Origin: Eledone cirrhosa
Lineage: Eukaryota
Length of the DNA stretch: 64,000 nt
Assembly: GCA_964016885.1 (NCBI GenBank)
Contig: OZ024747.1
Span: 44,764,001-44,828,000, forward strand
Direction: 5' to 3'
Shown here: positions 38,801 to 53,353 of the stretch, in pieces
Position numbering within the stretch: the stretch's first letter is position 1
Layout of the letters: every line of letters begins with the position of its first letter
Notes under the pieces: generated by a model
Databases searched by the model: none
Told to the model about the DNA's origin: nothing
The model's input: only the letters and a program-made list of their open reading frames with translations
Program-made: the position numbers and the translations under genes

Positions 38801-41800
38801 CAGCTATATTTCATCCAGCCCACAAGCCTAATCTGGCCCACAGCTATATTTCTCCAGCCCACAAGCCTAATCTGGCCCACAGCTATATTTCATCCAGCTC
38901 ACAAGCTTAATCTGGCCCACAGCTATATTTCATCCAGCCCACAAGCCTAATCTGGCCCACAGCTATATTTCATCCAGCCCACAAGCCTAATCTGGCCCAC
39001 AACTATATTTCATCCAGCCCACAAGCCTAATCTGGCCCACAACTATATTTCATCCAGCCCATAAGCCTAATCTGGCCCACAACTATATTTCATCCAGCCC
39101 ACAAGCCTAATCTGCCCACAACTATATTCCAGCCCACAAGCCTAATCTGGCCCACAGCTATATTTCATCCAGCCCACAAGCCTAATCTGGTAACAGCTAT
39201 ATTTCATCCAGCCCACAAGCCAAATCTGTCCTACAACTATATTTCATCCAGCCCACAAGCCTAATCTGGCCCACAGCTATATTTCATCCAGCCCACAAGC
39301 CTAATCTGGCCCACAGCTATATTTCATCCAGCCCACAAGCCAAATCTGGCCCGCAGCTATATTTCATCCAGCCCACAAGCCTAATCTGGCCCACAGCTAT
39401 ATTTCATCCAGCCCAAAAGCCTAATCTGGCCTACAGCTATATTTAATCTATGCAGCCCACAAGCCAAATCTGGCCCACAGCTATATTTCATCCAGCCCAC
39501 AAGCCTAATCTGGCCCACAGCTATATTTCATCCAGCCCACAAGCCTAATCTGGTAACAGCTATATTTCATCCAGCCCACAAGCCTAATCTGGCCCACAGC
39601 TATATTTCATCCAGCCCACAAGCCTAATCTGGCCCACAGCTATATTTCATCCAGCCCACAAGTCTAATCTGGCCCACAGCTATATTTCATCCAGCCCACA
39701 AGCCAAATCTGGCCCACAGCTATATTTCATCCAGCCCACAAGCCAAATCTGGCCCACAGCTATATTTCATCCAGCCCACAAGCCTAATCTGGCCCACAAC
39801 TATATTTCATCCAGCCCACAAGCCTAATCTGGCCCACAGCTATATTTCATCCAGCCCACAAGCCTAATCTGGCCCACAGCTATATTTCATCCAGTCCACA
39901 AGGCTAATCTGGCCCACAGCTATATTTCATCCAGCCCACAAGCCTAATCAGGCCCACAGCTATATTTTATCCAGCCCATAAGCCTAATCTGGCCCACACT
40001 ATATTTCATCCAGTCCACAAGCCTAATCTGGCCCACAGCTATATTTCATCCAGCCCGCAAGCCTAATCTGGCCCACAGCTATATTTCATCCAGCCCGCAA
40101 GCCTAATCTGGCCCACAGCTATATTTCATCCAGCCCGCAAGCCTAATCTGGCCCACAGCTATATTTTATCCTGCCCACAAGCCTAATCTGACCCACAGCT
40201 ATATTTCTTCCAGCCCACAAGCCTAATCTGGCCCACAGCTATATTTCATCCAGCCCACAAGCCTAATCTGGTAACAGCTATATTTCATCTAGCCCGCAAG
40301 CCTAATCTGGCCCACAGCTATATTTCATCCAGCCCACAAGCCTACTCTGGCCCACAGCTATATTTCATCCAGCCCACAAGCCAAATCTGGCCTACAACTA
40401 TATTTCATCCAGCCCACAAGCCTAATCTGGCCCACAGCTATATTTCATCCAGCCCACAAGCCTAATCTGGCCCACAGCTATATTTCATCCAGCCCACAAG
40501 CCAAATCTGGCCCACAGCTATATTTCATCCAGCCCACAAGCCTAATCTGGCCCACAGCTATATTTCATCCAGCCCACAAGCCTAATCTGGCCCACAGCTA
40601 TATTTAATCTATGCAGCCCACAAGCCAAATCTGGCCCACAGCTATATTTCATCCAGCCCACAAGCCTAATCTGGTAAGAGCTATATTTCATCCAGCCCAC
40701 AAGCCTAATCTGGCCCACAACTATATTTCATCCAGCCCACAAGCCAAATCTGGCCCACAGCTATATTTAATCTATCCAGCCCACATGCCTAATCTGGCCC
40801 ACAGCTATATTTCATCCAGCCCACAAGCCTAATCTGGCCCACAGCTATATTTCATGCAGCCCACAAGCCTAATCTGGCCCACAGCTATATTTCATCCAGC
40901 CCACAAGCCTAATCTGGCCCACAGCTATATTTCATCCAGTCCACAAGGCTAATCTGGCCCACAGCTATATTTCATCCAGCCCACAAGCCTAATCTGGCCC
41001 ACAGCTATATTTCATCCAGCCCATAAGCCTAATCTGGCCCACACTATATTTCATCCAGTCCACAAGCCTAATCTGGCCCACAGCTATATTTCATCCAGCC
41101 CGCAAGCCTAATCTGGCCCACAGCTATATTTCATCCAGCCCGCAAGCCTAATCTGGCCCACAGCTATATTTCATCCAGCCCGCAAGCCTAATCTGGCCCA
41201 CAGCTATATTTTATCCTGCCCACAAGCCTAATCTGACCCACAGCTATATTTCATCCAGCCCACAAGCCTAATCTGGCCCACAGCTATATTTCATCCAGCC
41301 CACAAGCCTAATCTGGTAACAGCTATATTTCATCTAGCCCGCAAGCCTAATCTGGCCCACAGCTATATTTCATCCAGCCCACAAGCCTAATCTGGCCCAC
41401 AGCTATATTTCATCCAGCCCACAAGCCTAATCTGGCCCACAGCTATATTTCTCCAGCCCACAAGCCTAATCTGGCCCACAGCTATATTTCATCCAGCCCA
41501 CAAGCTTAATCTGGCCCACAGCTATATTTCATCCAGCCCACAAGCCTAATCTGGCCCACAGCTATATTTCATCCAGCCCACAAGCCTAATCTGGCCCACA
41601 ACTATATTTCATCCAGCCCACAAGCCTAATCTGGCCCACAACTATATTTCATCCAGCCCATAAGCCTAATCTGGCCCACAACTATATTTCATCCAGCCCA
41701 CAAGCCTAATCTGCCCACAACTATATTCCAGCCCACAAGCCTAATCTGGCCCACAGCTATATTTCATCCAGCCCACAAGCCTAATCTGGTAACAGCTATA

Positions 41801-43467
41801 TTTCATCCAGCCCACAAGCCAAATCTGTCCTACAACTATATTTCATCCAGCCCACAAGCCTAATCTGGCCCACAGCTATATTTCATCCAGCCCACAAGCC
41901 TAATCTGGCCCACAGCTATATTTCATCCAGCCCACAAGCCAAACCTGGCCCGCAGCTATATTTCATCCAGCCCACAAGCCTAATCTGGCCCACAGCTATA
42001 TTTCATCCAGCCCACAAGCCTAATCTGGCCCACAGCTATATTTAATCTATGCAGCCCACAAGCCAAATCTGGCCCACAGCTATATTTCATCCAGCCCACA
42101 AGCCTAATCTGGCCCACAGCTATATTTCATCCAGCCCACAAGCCTAATCTGGCCCACAGCTATATTTCATCCAGCCCACAAGCCTAATCTGGCCCACAGC
42201 TATATTTCATCCAGCCCACAAGTCTAATCTGGCCCACAGCTATATTTCATCCAGCCCACAAGCCAAATCTGGCTCACAGCTATATTTCATCCAGCCCACA
42301 AGCCAAATCTGGCCCACAGCTATATTTCATCCAGCCCACAAGCCTAATCTGGCCCACAACTATATTTCATCCAGCCCACAAGTCAAATCTGGCCCACAGC
42401 TATATTTAATCTATCCAGCCCACAAGCCAAATCTGGCCCACAGCTATATTTCATCCAGCCCACAAGCCTAATCTGGCCCACAGCTATATTTCATCCAGCC
42501 CACAAGCCTAATCTGGCCCACAGCTATATTTCATCCAGCCCACAAGCCTAATGTGGCCCACAGCTATATTTCATCCAGCCCACAAGCCTAATCTGGCCCA
42601 CAACCATATTTCATCCAGCCCACAAGCCAAATCTGGCCCACAGCTATATTTCATCCAGCCCACAAGCCTAATCTGGCCCACAGCTATATTTCATCCAGCC
42701 CACAAGCCTAATCTGGCCCACAGCTATATTTCATCCAGCCCACAAGCCTAATCTGGCCCACAGCTATATTTCATCCAGCCCACAAGCCTAATCTGGCCCA
42801 CAGCTATATTTCATCCAGCCCACAAGCCAAATCTGGCCCACAGCTATATTTCATCCAGCCCACAAGCCTAATCTGGCCCACAGCTATATTTCATCCAGCC
42901 CACAAGCCAAATCTGGCCCACAGCTATATTTCATCCAGCCCACAAGTCTAATCTGGCCCACAGCTATATTTCATCCAGCCCACAAGCCAAATCTGGCCCA
43001 CAGCTATATTTCATCCAGCCCACAAGCCAAATCTGGCCCACAGCTATATTTCATCCAGCCCACAAGCCTAATCTGGCCCACAACTATATTTCATCCAGCC
43101 CACAAGCCAAATCTGGCCCACAGCTATATTTAATCTATCCAGCCCACAAGCCAAATCTGGCCCACAGCTATATTTCATCCAGCCCACAAGCCTAATCTGG
43201 CCCACAGCTATATTTCATCCAGCCCACAAGCCTAATCTGGCCCACAGCTATATTTCATCCAGCCCACAAGCCTAATCTGGCCCACAGCTATATTTCATCC
43301 AGCCCACAAGCCTAATCTGGCCCACAGCTATATTTCATCCAGCCCACAAGCCTAATCTGGCCCACAGCTATATTTCATCCAGCCCACAAGCCTAATCTGG
43401 CCCACAACTATATTTCATCCAGCCCACAAGCCAAATCTGGCCCACAGCTATATTAAATCTAGCCCAT
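17870..43467 (+). repeat. ~25.6-kb tandem satellite, 40-bp monomer CCCACAGCTATATTTCATCCAGCCCACAAGCC(T/A)AATCTGG (roughly 640 copies by length)
   Basis: Continuous array with recurring variants: a 39-bp ggtaacag unit, a 44-bp atttaatctatgcag unit, cccgc and cccat. Confidence 0.99.
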
Positions 43468-44220
43468 AGTTTTATTTTATCTAGCATGTAGACTACATTG
43501 AATATGTAATGTTGCATACAAATATTATACATTTTAGGCCCACAAGAAAACAAAAATACAATCCATCTAAACTCTAAAAGTGGTTGTGACTCATATCATA
43601 AAGGTGACCCCCAAAATGCTATTGTCTAGCCCCAGATACATTCTGATTGGGGCACAGCATACCATTTTTGTTTAGGCCACTGTGTATTCAGGACTACATT
43701 ATCCTTGTTACACATTTCTTTATTTCTTTTTTAAAGAATGTAGATTGTGACTTGAGGAGGAAGGGTGGTTGGCTGCTATTTCTAGCAGGTCAGGTGACAA
43801 CATTAAAGTTCCCTTAACGAATACATCTTTTACAATCTGAGGTGTGATATAATTGATAGTTAAGAACTATTAATTATAAAACAACGTACTGTAAAAATAA
43901 ATAAATAAATATATTTGGTTTGCCATTAATATTCTGTTCAATACATATATATTAGGCAGAGTTTCATATTATTATTATTATTATTATTATTTTGTTTAAA
44001 AGGCAAACTCCCATTAAACTACTTACTATTTACATGATCCTCAGTTGTACTGACTAAAAGATAAAAATTATATATTTAAATTGAACAATAGTTTGTAAAA
44101 ATGCCAGCAAAAGCATCTGAGTAAGATGACTTTTTGTTTCTTGTCAACAAAATAATAAAGAAAAGCAATAAACTGGAAAACAGATGAAAGCCATCAAAAT
44201 ATTACTTGTAAAATGTCTGT

Positions 44221-44309
44221 GAATATGTAATTTGGCTTTGATATATACATATATACATTCATATATATACATTCATATATATATATATATATATATTCAT
44301 ATATATACA

Positions 44310-44346
<37 letters not shown>

Positions 44347-44420
44347 TCATATATATATATATACATTCATATCCAAACCCATGCTAGCGTGGAAGATGGA
44401 CGTTAAACGATGATGATATA

Positions 44421-44496
<76 letters not shown>

Positions 44497-44640
44497 CATT
44501 CATATATATATATATATATACATATATACTTATACATATACATTCATATACCTATATATATACATTCATATATATATATACCTATATATATACATTCATA
44601 TATATATACCTATATATAAACATATATATATATATATATA
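44221..44640. repeat. Compound (TA)n/(TACATTCA) microsatellite containing a ~47-bp RTE 3' tip at 44371-44417
   Basis: aacccatgctagcgtggaagatggacgttaaacgatgatgat matches the extreme 3' end of the RTE copy ending at 48971. Confidence 0.9.
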
Positions 44641-44776
44641 TTCTATTTCCCTTTGATTTATAAGTGTGAAATATAGATTGGACATTCCTCCCCAACCCTC
44701 TCTCTGCAATATTTCTTAATTACTTCTGATATATTTAATATTAACAACTAATCAGGCAAAAAATTAACAAGAAAAC

Positions 44777-44821
<45 letters not shown>

Positions 44822-45509
44822 TATAGAATCTATAGACATTAAATTACTTTTTTTTTTACCTTTTTTAGCCAATTCACATTTCTTCTAATTTAAAACTTAG
44901 CAGAATGTTCTGTATGAGAAAACTGAAAATAATATTTCTATTTGTTTTCAATTCCATTCCGGTAATGTTTCTGAGTCTGAGAAAACTGGCAATATATTGA
45001 AGAGCTAAAGAAATCAATTACAAAGCTCATATTATTTAACATAAATCATAAAATAATAGCAAAAAAGTTATTTGATTGCTGTTAATTTCTACACCTAACT
45101 TAAATTTTGAAAGCTTTGCACATTTCTAAACATTAAACTACATTTCCTAAATGAAATATTTGCAGAAAAAAAAATTATTTTTACCAATAAAATATTTATT
45201 CATTAGAATTAATGAGTTAAACTGTTTATGAAATAGAATAATTATATTATTCCATGTACAGGTGGAAAAGGTGAAATTTCTTGGCCACTCCATCTTTTTG
45301 TTTCTATAAATTGACCCCACAAAAACAAAGGGTGACCCATATTACAGTTCTGTCCACATATTTGGGCTGGTGTACCATCCCAAATTGAAAGCACACATAC
45401 ACATCTTCTGGCTACTTGACAAGATTCATTCACCAACATGCTACAGTCATTATTTCTCATACATGTCACTTCCTCTTTCTGACTCTACTGTAATTACAAC
45501 AATTGCCTC

Positions 45510-45654
45510 CAGTGCTGGACCAATGAGGCCCTGTGCTAGTTAAGTTATGAGGCCCCTTACTTGGGACTTGAATGAGGTAAACATTTTTCGGGGAAAGAAG
45601 ATGTCCCACCTGCTGGCCACCAGAGCCCAAAGCAGAATGGTAAATCCAGCACTG
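45510..45654. mobile_element. hAT-type MITE (145 bp)
   Basis: TIRs CAGTGCTGGA (45510-45519) and TCCAGCACTG (45645-45654), with a perfect 8-bp TSD ATTGCCTC at 45502-45509 and 45655-45662. Confidence 0.88.
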
Positions 45655-46814
45655 ATTGCCTCTGTTTCTCTGAAATAGTTCACTATATATTATCTGGGTT
45701 ACCAAACACACATACCTCTCTTCTTATAGGTCTCATTTTCTAGGTTTTCCATGAAACATTTTGCTCAAACCTTTCTTCCTCAAATCTGCATTCACTTTTG
45801 TAATCTCCTTTCGCTCTCATTTTTTCCACAAGTTGTTAGCCTACAGATGTTCAAATTGAGCACCAACTATATCATTAGCACAAGTCATAGAAGTCCAGCA
45901 AACATCAAGGACTTTGCCCCAACTCATCTGATCATTATTATTTTAGGTCTGCCTTCCATGCTGGCACATGTTGGATGTACTGTCATGATCTGTGATAAGA
46001 TGTGTTGAAACAACCCTTCTTACTTATTATGTTCCATATTTGGCATGGTTTCTCTGACTAAATGCTCTTCCTAACACCAAATGTGTTGGGGTAATTCATC
46101 TTGCTCATTATGTTTCATATTTGGTATGGTTTGTATAGCTGGATGCTTTTCCTAATGCTAAACCTTTTAAAGGAAACACCCCCTCCTTTGACAGTGAACA
46201 ACCATCTGACAGAGCATTAAAAGAAAAGGCTGATGCAAATTAGTTTAAACCAGTTATTGAAGCCAAATCACTGCTCTGTTGCTTTATACTGCTCACCTGG
46301 AGGATATGGAGGTTATCATTTGAGCCCAAATTCTTTATCCTTCCACAGATATCTAGGAGACATCATGAGAGAGTGGAGGAGGTACTGTGGGGGGATAATA
46401 TGTTGACTACATTCTTTTCTCTTTCATGTTTCCTAGATTGATTCCCAGCAGGAAGAGGAAAGGCCCAGAGGTGAGATGAGTCACTGCCCTAATGGAATAA
46501 TGTATGTTTGAGCGTATGTTTATGTGTGTCTATATATATGTGTGTGAGTATATGTGTAAATATGCATGTGTAGGGTGAGGTGTCACTACTTACATTTATA
46601 TATCTCTGCCTGCATCTTTTTAACCTATGACATTTACAAGTTATAAGGGATAGCTAAAGAGTGTATAGTATATGGAAGTCAGTGAGTCATCCACTTAACA
46701 TTCAAATAGGGGAAAATATTTAAAAGTAAAGTAGAAATTCTAAATAACAGTTTGTTTGTCCAGCTGACATTCAAGAAATAATCAGAAGACATTCAGGCAT
46801 TTCTTTTCAAATAT

Positions 46815-46843
46815 ATCATCATCATCATCATCATCATCATACC

Positions 46844-46912
<69 letters not shown>

Positions 46913-46930
46913 CATTATTATTATTATCAT
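46815..46930. repeat. (CAT)n + (TAT)n microsatellite
   Basis: Seen directly in the sequence. Confidence 0.97.
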
Positions 46931-47385
46931 AATGAACAACTATATGAAAATAAAAAAATAAAACACCCAACATAAAACACAAAATAAAAATAAAGTATTA
47001 ACCATAATCTATGGATGAAAAAAAAAGCAAAGAGAGCAAAGTCTTTTAGATTGATAGATAATGGAAAAAAACTGCAGGAGATAGGGTATGAAATAACATA
47101 TTCATATTCTGTTTGGTGGCTTTCATGCCAACACCTCATTGTATTGTGGCCTTTTTACTTTGTTAAACTATATATCTAATTGTGCCCATCAGAGAGGATC
47201 GTCAATAGAACAGAAACATTAGCTACTGATGTAAGCGGATATTTTAAAAAAGGAGACACTCTGTGAAGTAACACCGAAAATACAGTTTCTAAAAGAATTT
47301 TTATATATATATTTTTTGTTATTAACAATAAAATGTATTAATATTTATTTCATATCACCTAGTTTTTTTGTGTGCGTATGTGTGC

Positions 47386-47420
<35 letters not shown>

Positions 47421-47425
<5 letters not shown>

Positions 47426-48265
47426 TAGACAACAAGACAAACAGATTGTAATAAATACTAAGGCCTTCTTGGGGAAGAATGCACTGCCCAGCACAAGTTA
47501 GGAAAATAAGGAGACAGAGGGTATGGGAGCTAAAGGACCTCTCAGTTAAATAAAAGTTTAAAACAGCCCTACAGGATACACTTAATGAGAGGAATGACAA
47601 GCTAGATACATACAACATAGAGGACAACTGTAAATTCTTACATGACAACCTTTTGTGAACTACTGGTGAGATAAGTTCCAGTTCCATCCATTAGGAAGTT
47701 ACAAAATAATTTTCTTCTCTATTGCTTTTCATAGCCTGAATGGGTTCCAGAAATGTAAGAACCCCAAAACTCATTAAAATAAAATTGATTCATTGGTTGA
47801 TAGCTTCTGCTACCTAGGTGACCTGATTAGTAGTGGAGGGATCTGCTCTGAGAGCATAGTAACTAGAATAAGAAGAGGATGGAAGAAGTTCAGCAACTAC
47901 TATCTCTGTTGACAATAAAAGGTTTCTCTCTATGAATGAAAATCTAGTGTGTGATGTGCAATACTGTATGGTATTGAAACATGGGCAGTGAATGCAGAGG
48001 ATATGCTAAGGTATGAGAGAAATGAAGTGAGCATGCTTCAATGGATGTGTAATGTTAATGTGCATAAATCATGAAGCATGGACGAATTCAGAGAAAAGAG
48101 GCATATAAGAGGAATCAGATGTGAGAGCTGATCTGAAATCACTGAAGCTCTGAGAGAAGATGCCGAAGGAATCTGACAAGAAGGGAGGTGCTGTGCTAAA
48201 ACAAAACCACCCAAAACGTTCAACTCATGCAAGCATGGAAAAGCAGGAGTAAAATGAGAGTGTTG
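47421..48265 (+). mobile_element. Internally deleted, decayed RTE LINE relic
   Basis: APE end (IRQQDKQIVINTKAFLG..C..QHKL) and linker (RVWELKD..IEDNCKFLHDNLL) are joined to the C-terminal region VDSFCYLGDLISSGG..RIRRGWKKF and LYGIETWAVNAED..ERNE, then a 3' tip caactcatgcaagcatggaaaag. Confidence 0.8.
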
Positions 48266-48373
48266 ATGGTCTATATGATTTACTTCATATAGAAATTATA
48301 TCGCTTCTCTTCATAATGTATTGAGTACCATGATATAACTATAGCCTATTTCCATTCCTGTTCCATAAGCTAT

Positions 48374-48417
<44 letters not shown>

Positions 48418-48537
48418 ACTGTAAAAGCAGAGCAGTAAATTACATCCCTTTTACAGCCAAGATGTAAAATATTACTATTAATAAATTGAGACTAATAAAA
48501 TAAGTACCATATTGAAATAAGAACTGGAATCAATGAT

Positions 48538-48971
48538 GACTTGGGATGAGGTGATAAAAGCCGACCTTACCCAACTACACCTCTCAAAGTCAATGACACA
48601 CGACCGTGACTTCTGGCATCACGCAGTAATACAGGGTACCCGACCTCCCATGGGTACATGCTGAAGCATATAAACAATATGCCCCCCCCCCCCACCGCAA
48701 GGTGGTCGTGGAGGTGCCACGGCAAAAAAGCACCCAGCCCACACTGTAAAGTGGACGTGTAGGCGCCACGAAAAAGCACCCAGCACTCACTGTAAATGAG
48801 GTTGGTGTTAGGAAGGGCATCCAGCTGTAGAAATCAAGCCAGATCAGTTCCTGTATGAGCAAGGCATGGTCAGCCGACCAGACACTGCCCACAACAGGAC
48901 AACCCGTCTAACCCATGCTAGCGTGGAAGAACGGACGTAAAACGGTGATGATGATGATGATGATGATGATG
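48538..48971 (+). mobile_element. 5'-truncated RTE LINE (last ~37 codons + 3'UTR + (GAT)n tail)
   Basis: TWDEVIKADLTQLHLSKSMTHDRDFWHHAVIQGTRP parallels TWDELINSDLTHLHLTKTMSLDRDLWRYSVIEKTRL of the 12689 ORF. The GAT tail is at 48947-48971. Confidence 0.88.
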
Positions 48972-49890
48972 AATCAATGTTATCAAGTAAAATCATTGAA
49001 GACAATGCTCCAGCATGGCCACTGGCTATTGACTGAAAAAAAAATGAAAGAATAAATGAATCAATACAGACACAGTGTGATAGCAAAGAATGAAGAAAGG
49101 AAAATAATAAGAAATATTTGAAAAAATGATGCCAAAGGCTGACAAAAGAGTAATGTAGAATGACCGTTAGATTACTAAAGGGGAATATTGCTGAACTGGC
49201 TCGAGAAATTGCATTGATAGCTTCCCAGAAGAAGGAAAATATAGTATTAGGAAGACATTTTATTTGACAGTCCTTCCCACACCAACTCCACACTCCCCCA
49301 AAAAAACAACAAAAAATTTTCAGATAAATATACAGAATTGGAAAAAAGAAAACAACCAAAGATAATAAGAAAATGATTATCACCAGAGAAAAAGAAAAAG
49401 AAAAAAAATACTAACCAAAAATCAAATCAGCTGAACAAAAAAAAAATATATATATACAGAACATTTTAAAGAACTATTAAATATATCATCAGACCCAGGA
49501 AATCTCCTAAGAGAGCAGGCACAGATTTGCTCATAAATTGGAGTGTGATTTTTCCATGGAAATTGGGATAATCCTTTTATAGAAATTAGAACTGTCATAA
49601 ATATAAATTGGAATAATTCTTCCACAGGAATTAAAAATGTCATCTAACATGTGAAATCAGAAATGGTAGAAGAAGCAAATAATTTAAAGTGCAGAAGGGA
49701 AACCCAAGTGTATGCAGTTAACTTCCGAAAATAAATCATATCAAAAACTCTCTAGTATAATTTGTATTAGTGCTGGTATTCTCTATTGTTGCTCCAGGTT
49801 CAATAAAAATAAATACCAGTAATATACTGACTAGTTGTAATTAAATTTTCTTCTTTAGGGAGAAAAAGAAATAAAAAAATTAGAGCACTA

Positions 49891-50082
49891 AAGGATTGGT
49901 AGAGCATCAGTTAAAATGTCATTGTGGTGTTTGTCCTGACATTCTCAGTTCAAATCCTGCCAAAGTTAACTTTGCCTTTCATCTATCAATAAAATAAAAT
50001 ACTAGTCAAGTATTAGGGTTGATTTAATCAACTTTGCCCATTCCTCCAAATTTGCTGGCCCTGTGCCTAAATAAAAAATCAA
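49891..50082 (+). mobile_element. Decayed Nin/Deu-domain tRNA SINE
   Basis: B box cagttcaaatcc, the core, and the 3' end gctggccctgtgcctaaa. Confidence 0.75.
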
Positions 50083-50159
50083 TAATTATAAAAATCAATT
50101 TTTTGAGTTGAAATAAACTGTTCGTTTGAAGAGCATGTAATCTATTAATTTATACTTTA

Positions 50160-50358
50160 GTCACAAGGCCAGTAAATTTGTGGGTAGGGCACAGTTGATT
50201 AAATTAACCTCAGTGCTTGACAAGTACTTTATAGTGTTGACCCTGGAAGGATGAAAGGCAAAGTTGACCTTGGGGGGATTTAAATTGTCAGAATGTAAAG
50301 AGCCAGAACAAATACGGCAATAGCATCTTATCCAACACTCTACTGATTCTTCCAATCC
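50160..50358 (-). mobile_element. Decayed Nin/Deu-domain tRNA SINE
   Basis: Reverse-complement core ggatgaaaggcaaagttgacct and 3' end cacaaggccagtaaatttg. Confidence 0.75.
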
Positions 50359-50656
50359 ATCACCTTTCAATAGTATGTGAGATATTAATAGCATTAATAT
50401 TATTGTTATTTTTGTATCATTAATTGATTAGAGTTGCCAAAAATGGAAAATACAAATGAGATCAGGTTCCCTGATCCATCTAAGAGGGTTTAACTCCAAA
50501 TAGGAATTGGCTCAGACCGTAATGACTTGTTCAACCCATGCCAATGTGGAAATTAGACAGAAAGAAATGACGATGATGTTGTACTTGCTGCTATCAATTT
50601 CTTTTTGCTATACTAATCTGTGCAGCAGAAAAAAATCATTATTATTTCTTCCTTCA

Positions 50657-50844
50657 GGGCAGTGGATTGGCAGTATCAATAGAAAGTCGGACACCATGAT
50701 TTGCAACATAGAGTAACGGTCCTTTACAGTCTGAGTTCAAATCCCGCCGAGGTTAACTTTGCCTTTCATCCTTACAGCGTCGATAAAATAAAGTACCAGT
50801 AATGTACTGGGATAATTGCTGGCCTTGTGCCAAAAGTAGAAACA
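50657..50844 (+). mobile_element. Young Nin/Deu-domain tRNA SINE (short variant) with 19-bp TSD
   Basis: Full head and core. attattatttcttccttca occurs at 50638-50656 and 50845-50863. Confidence 0.92.
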
Positions 50845-53147
50845 ATTATTATTTCTTCCTTCATTTCTTTGCTCTTACCTGACTTTATGAAATATTATTT
50901 TATCTCTTTTCCCCACAAAGCTACCTGAAAGCACCTCTAGTTTGTTGATACAAAATTGTTTATTTCTAAGTGTTTATATTTAGCTAAAAACCTTTCAATA
51001 TAATTTGTGTAAAAAAACCTTTGTTAAGCCAACTGAATGAAAAAGTTATAATACTAAAACCCTAAAAAATCTCAATTATTTACAAAATTAATCAAAATTA
51101 TAAGCAGTGTTTTATTAGAAACTAGCTGAGGTATCTGGCTTTGCCTAGGAGAACAGAAAATGACTGTATTGGATGTGTTGTCTGGTATGGGGTGAGACTG
51201 TAATGTGTGTGTGTGTGTGTGTGTGTGAGTGTGTGAGAGAGACATAAAAAAAAAACAATCATAAAACTTCCTTATTAGGCTGGGGGAGTAAACTGCCAAT
51301 TAAATGGTAGCATTGGCCTTGGATTTGAAATGTGAAATAACCATAGCCAGTATGATCTTTTTCAGCTCCAAAGCAATATACCGCATAACATTGCTTCTGA
51401 AGTGTTTAGCTTCGTTAGTACGGTCTGTAAGTAGTATATAGATAAAAGCTGGAGGGTAGATTGATTTCAAATAGTATCAATTTTTCTTTGTTCTGTAAAA
51501 TCAAAGACTGTAAAACGACTTTACAAAAGCTAATGCAATATTGTTAAACTGTCAACTGATACTTTTGTGGGACATCACTCTCTCTTTCTCTCTGAATATC
51601 TAACACTTTAATTGTATCTCTCTCTGTATAACGGCTTATCTCTCTCTTTCTGCCTCTCCCTCTGTGTCTCTCTCTCTCTTTAGATGTGTGTGTATGTGTG
51701 TGTGTGTGTGAGTATAGTTTTTGTGTGATTCAACCAACCAACCAATAAACATCTTTCTTTTATATTATATATAGATATGGTAACAAATGAGTTAAATGTA
51801 AAATATACTATTTTAGACAGTTTGTCAAAAACAAAGCATAAAACCTTTAAGAATAATCTAAATTATGTATGGATGTATATTGGAATAAATAGGATATATT
51901 AATATTTTATCGAAGTGGAGGGGAAAAATAATTTCTTTCACTTGATATTCACTATTCTTAACTATATATTTCACTCCTTACAGCTAAGAAACAGGACATT
52001 ATAAAATCAGACTCATTTATAATATAATGGGTACATTAAAAAGATATTTGAAAGGTGTTTCAAATTCAAAATTTTTCCAATATTTATGAAATCTGTTTTT
52101 TAATTGATTAGTTAGTTGCCCTTGACTCAACAATTCCCTGTAGTGATTTTAATTTGTATGAAAGCTGTTTGAGAATGTTTACTATTTTTTAAGTTTTCTG
52201 CAACACAACTGAAGCAATATATGGCTTCCTATTAGTGATTGACTAATTTCTATGATTTCATGTTTCTTAAGGCTGGTTTTATGCATTATTTTTATAGACA
52301 TATATCATATTCTACTTCTTAATCAGTGGGTTATTGAAGACAATTACTGGCTAATACAAGGACCTGTTTCATTTTATCGGCAAATGTGTGACAGGAATAT
52401 CTTTATTTTGCTATCACTACATATTTTTGTCTATCTATGAAAGAGTTCTATTGAAGATAGCTGGGAATACAAAACAAGGTAATAAATGGAAAATATCTTC
52501 TATTTTAAATTATGTTTTAATCATGAATCCTATCAAAGCACTGAACTGTTTCAACCACAGCCTTGCTATTTCTAATCTCTCCTGTGAAAGATCAATGTTC
52601 CACATTTACTGAATGTAGCACAGATGAAACATAATAATTTCATTATTCATTTATTCACTGCTAGACTGTAATTTCCCAGTAAATAGTGGCCATCAAATTG
52701 GCCATCTTACTTTATATTATATATCTTTAGCTTTTATTATAGGTTATTCTCCGATCGCTGTAATGTGGTAAGATACTGTCATAAGTAGCAGAAGAAAAAT
52801 ACCCATCTTTTCACAAATAACAGAACATGTTAATCTATTTATTATAGTAGCAATGAATAAAGTATTTACTGCTTTGCAGGTCCTTTCCAATTTCCATGTA
52901 TTTCTACAGCAAAGGCTGTTTTAATGGTAGTTTGATATATAGATTGAGAAATATCTGCATTTTAAAGGAATTGGTGTGTGTCAGGAGTGGAATGGGGTGG
53001 GAGTAGAAAGAAGTGATTATAGACAATTCATTTCATTCACACTGTTAAAGTTACTTTTTGTCATTGTTGTTTAACCACAAGTTAGACCTGATTAAGTAGA
53101 TCTATGACCATTCTGCCATTTTCTACATAAGTTAAGACAGCAAGAAC

Positions 53148-53353
53148 AGTGGATTGGTAGGGTTATTAGAACATCGAACAAATGTGTAGCATATTTTTTC
53201 TGACTTACATTCTGAGTTCAAATCCTGTTGAGGTCAACTTTGGCTTTTATACTTCTATGCTTGATGAAATAAAATACCAGTCAAGTACTGAGGTCAATAT
53301 TATTGACTTTCCCTTCACCCTAATATTACTGGCCTTGTGTCAAAATTAGAACC
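53148..53353 (+). mobile_element. Decayed Nin/Deu-domain tRNA SINE (long variant)
   Basis: cagtggattgg head, gagttcaaatcc B box, core and 3' end. Confidence 0.8.

Noticed and set aside
17870-43467. ORFs in the satellite (HPAHKPNLAHSYISSSPQA repeats) and a possible CRISPR-like reading
   Set aside because: The ORFs arise wherever TAA is mutated to AAA in a 40-bp repeat. Monomers are contiguous with no unique spacers, there are no cas genes, and the context is eukaryotic.
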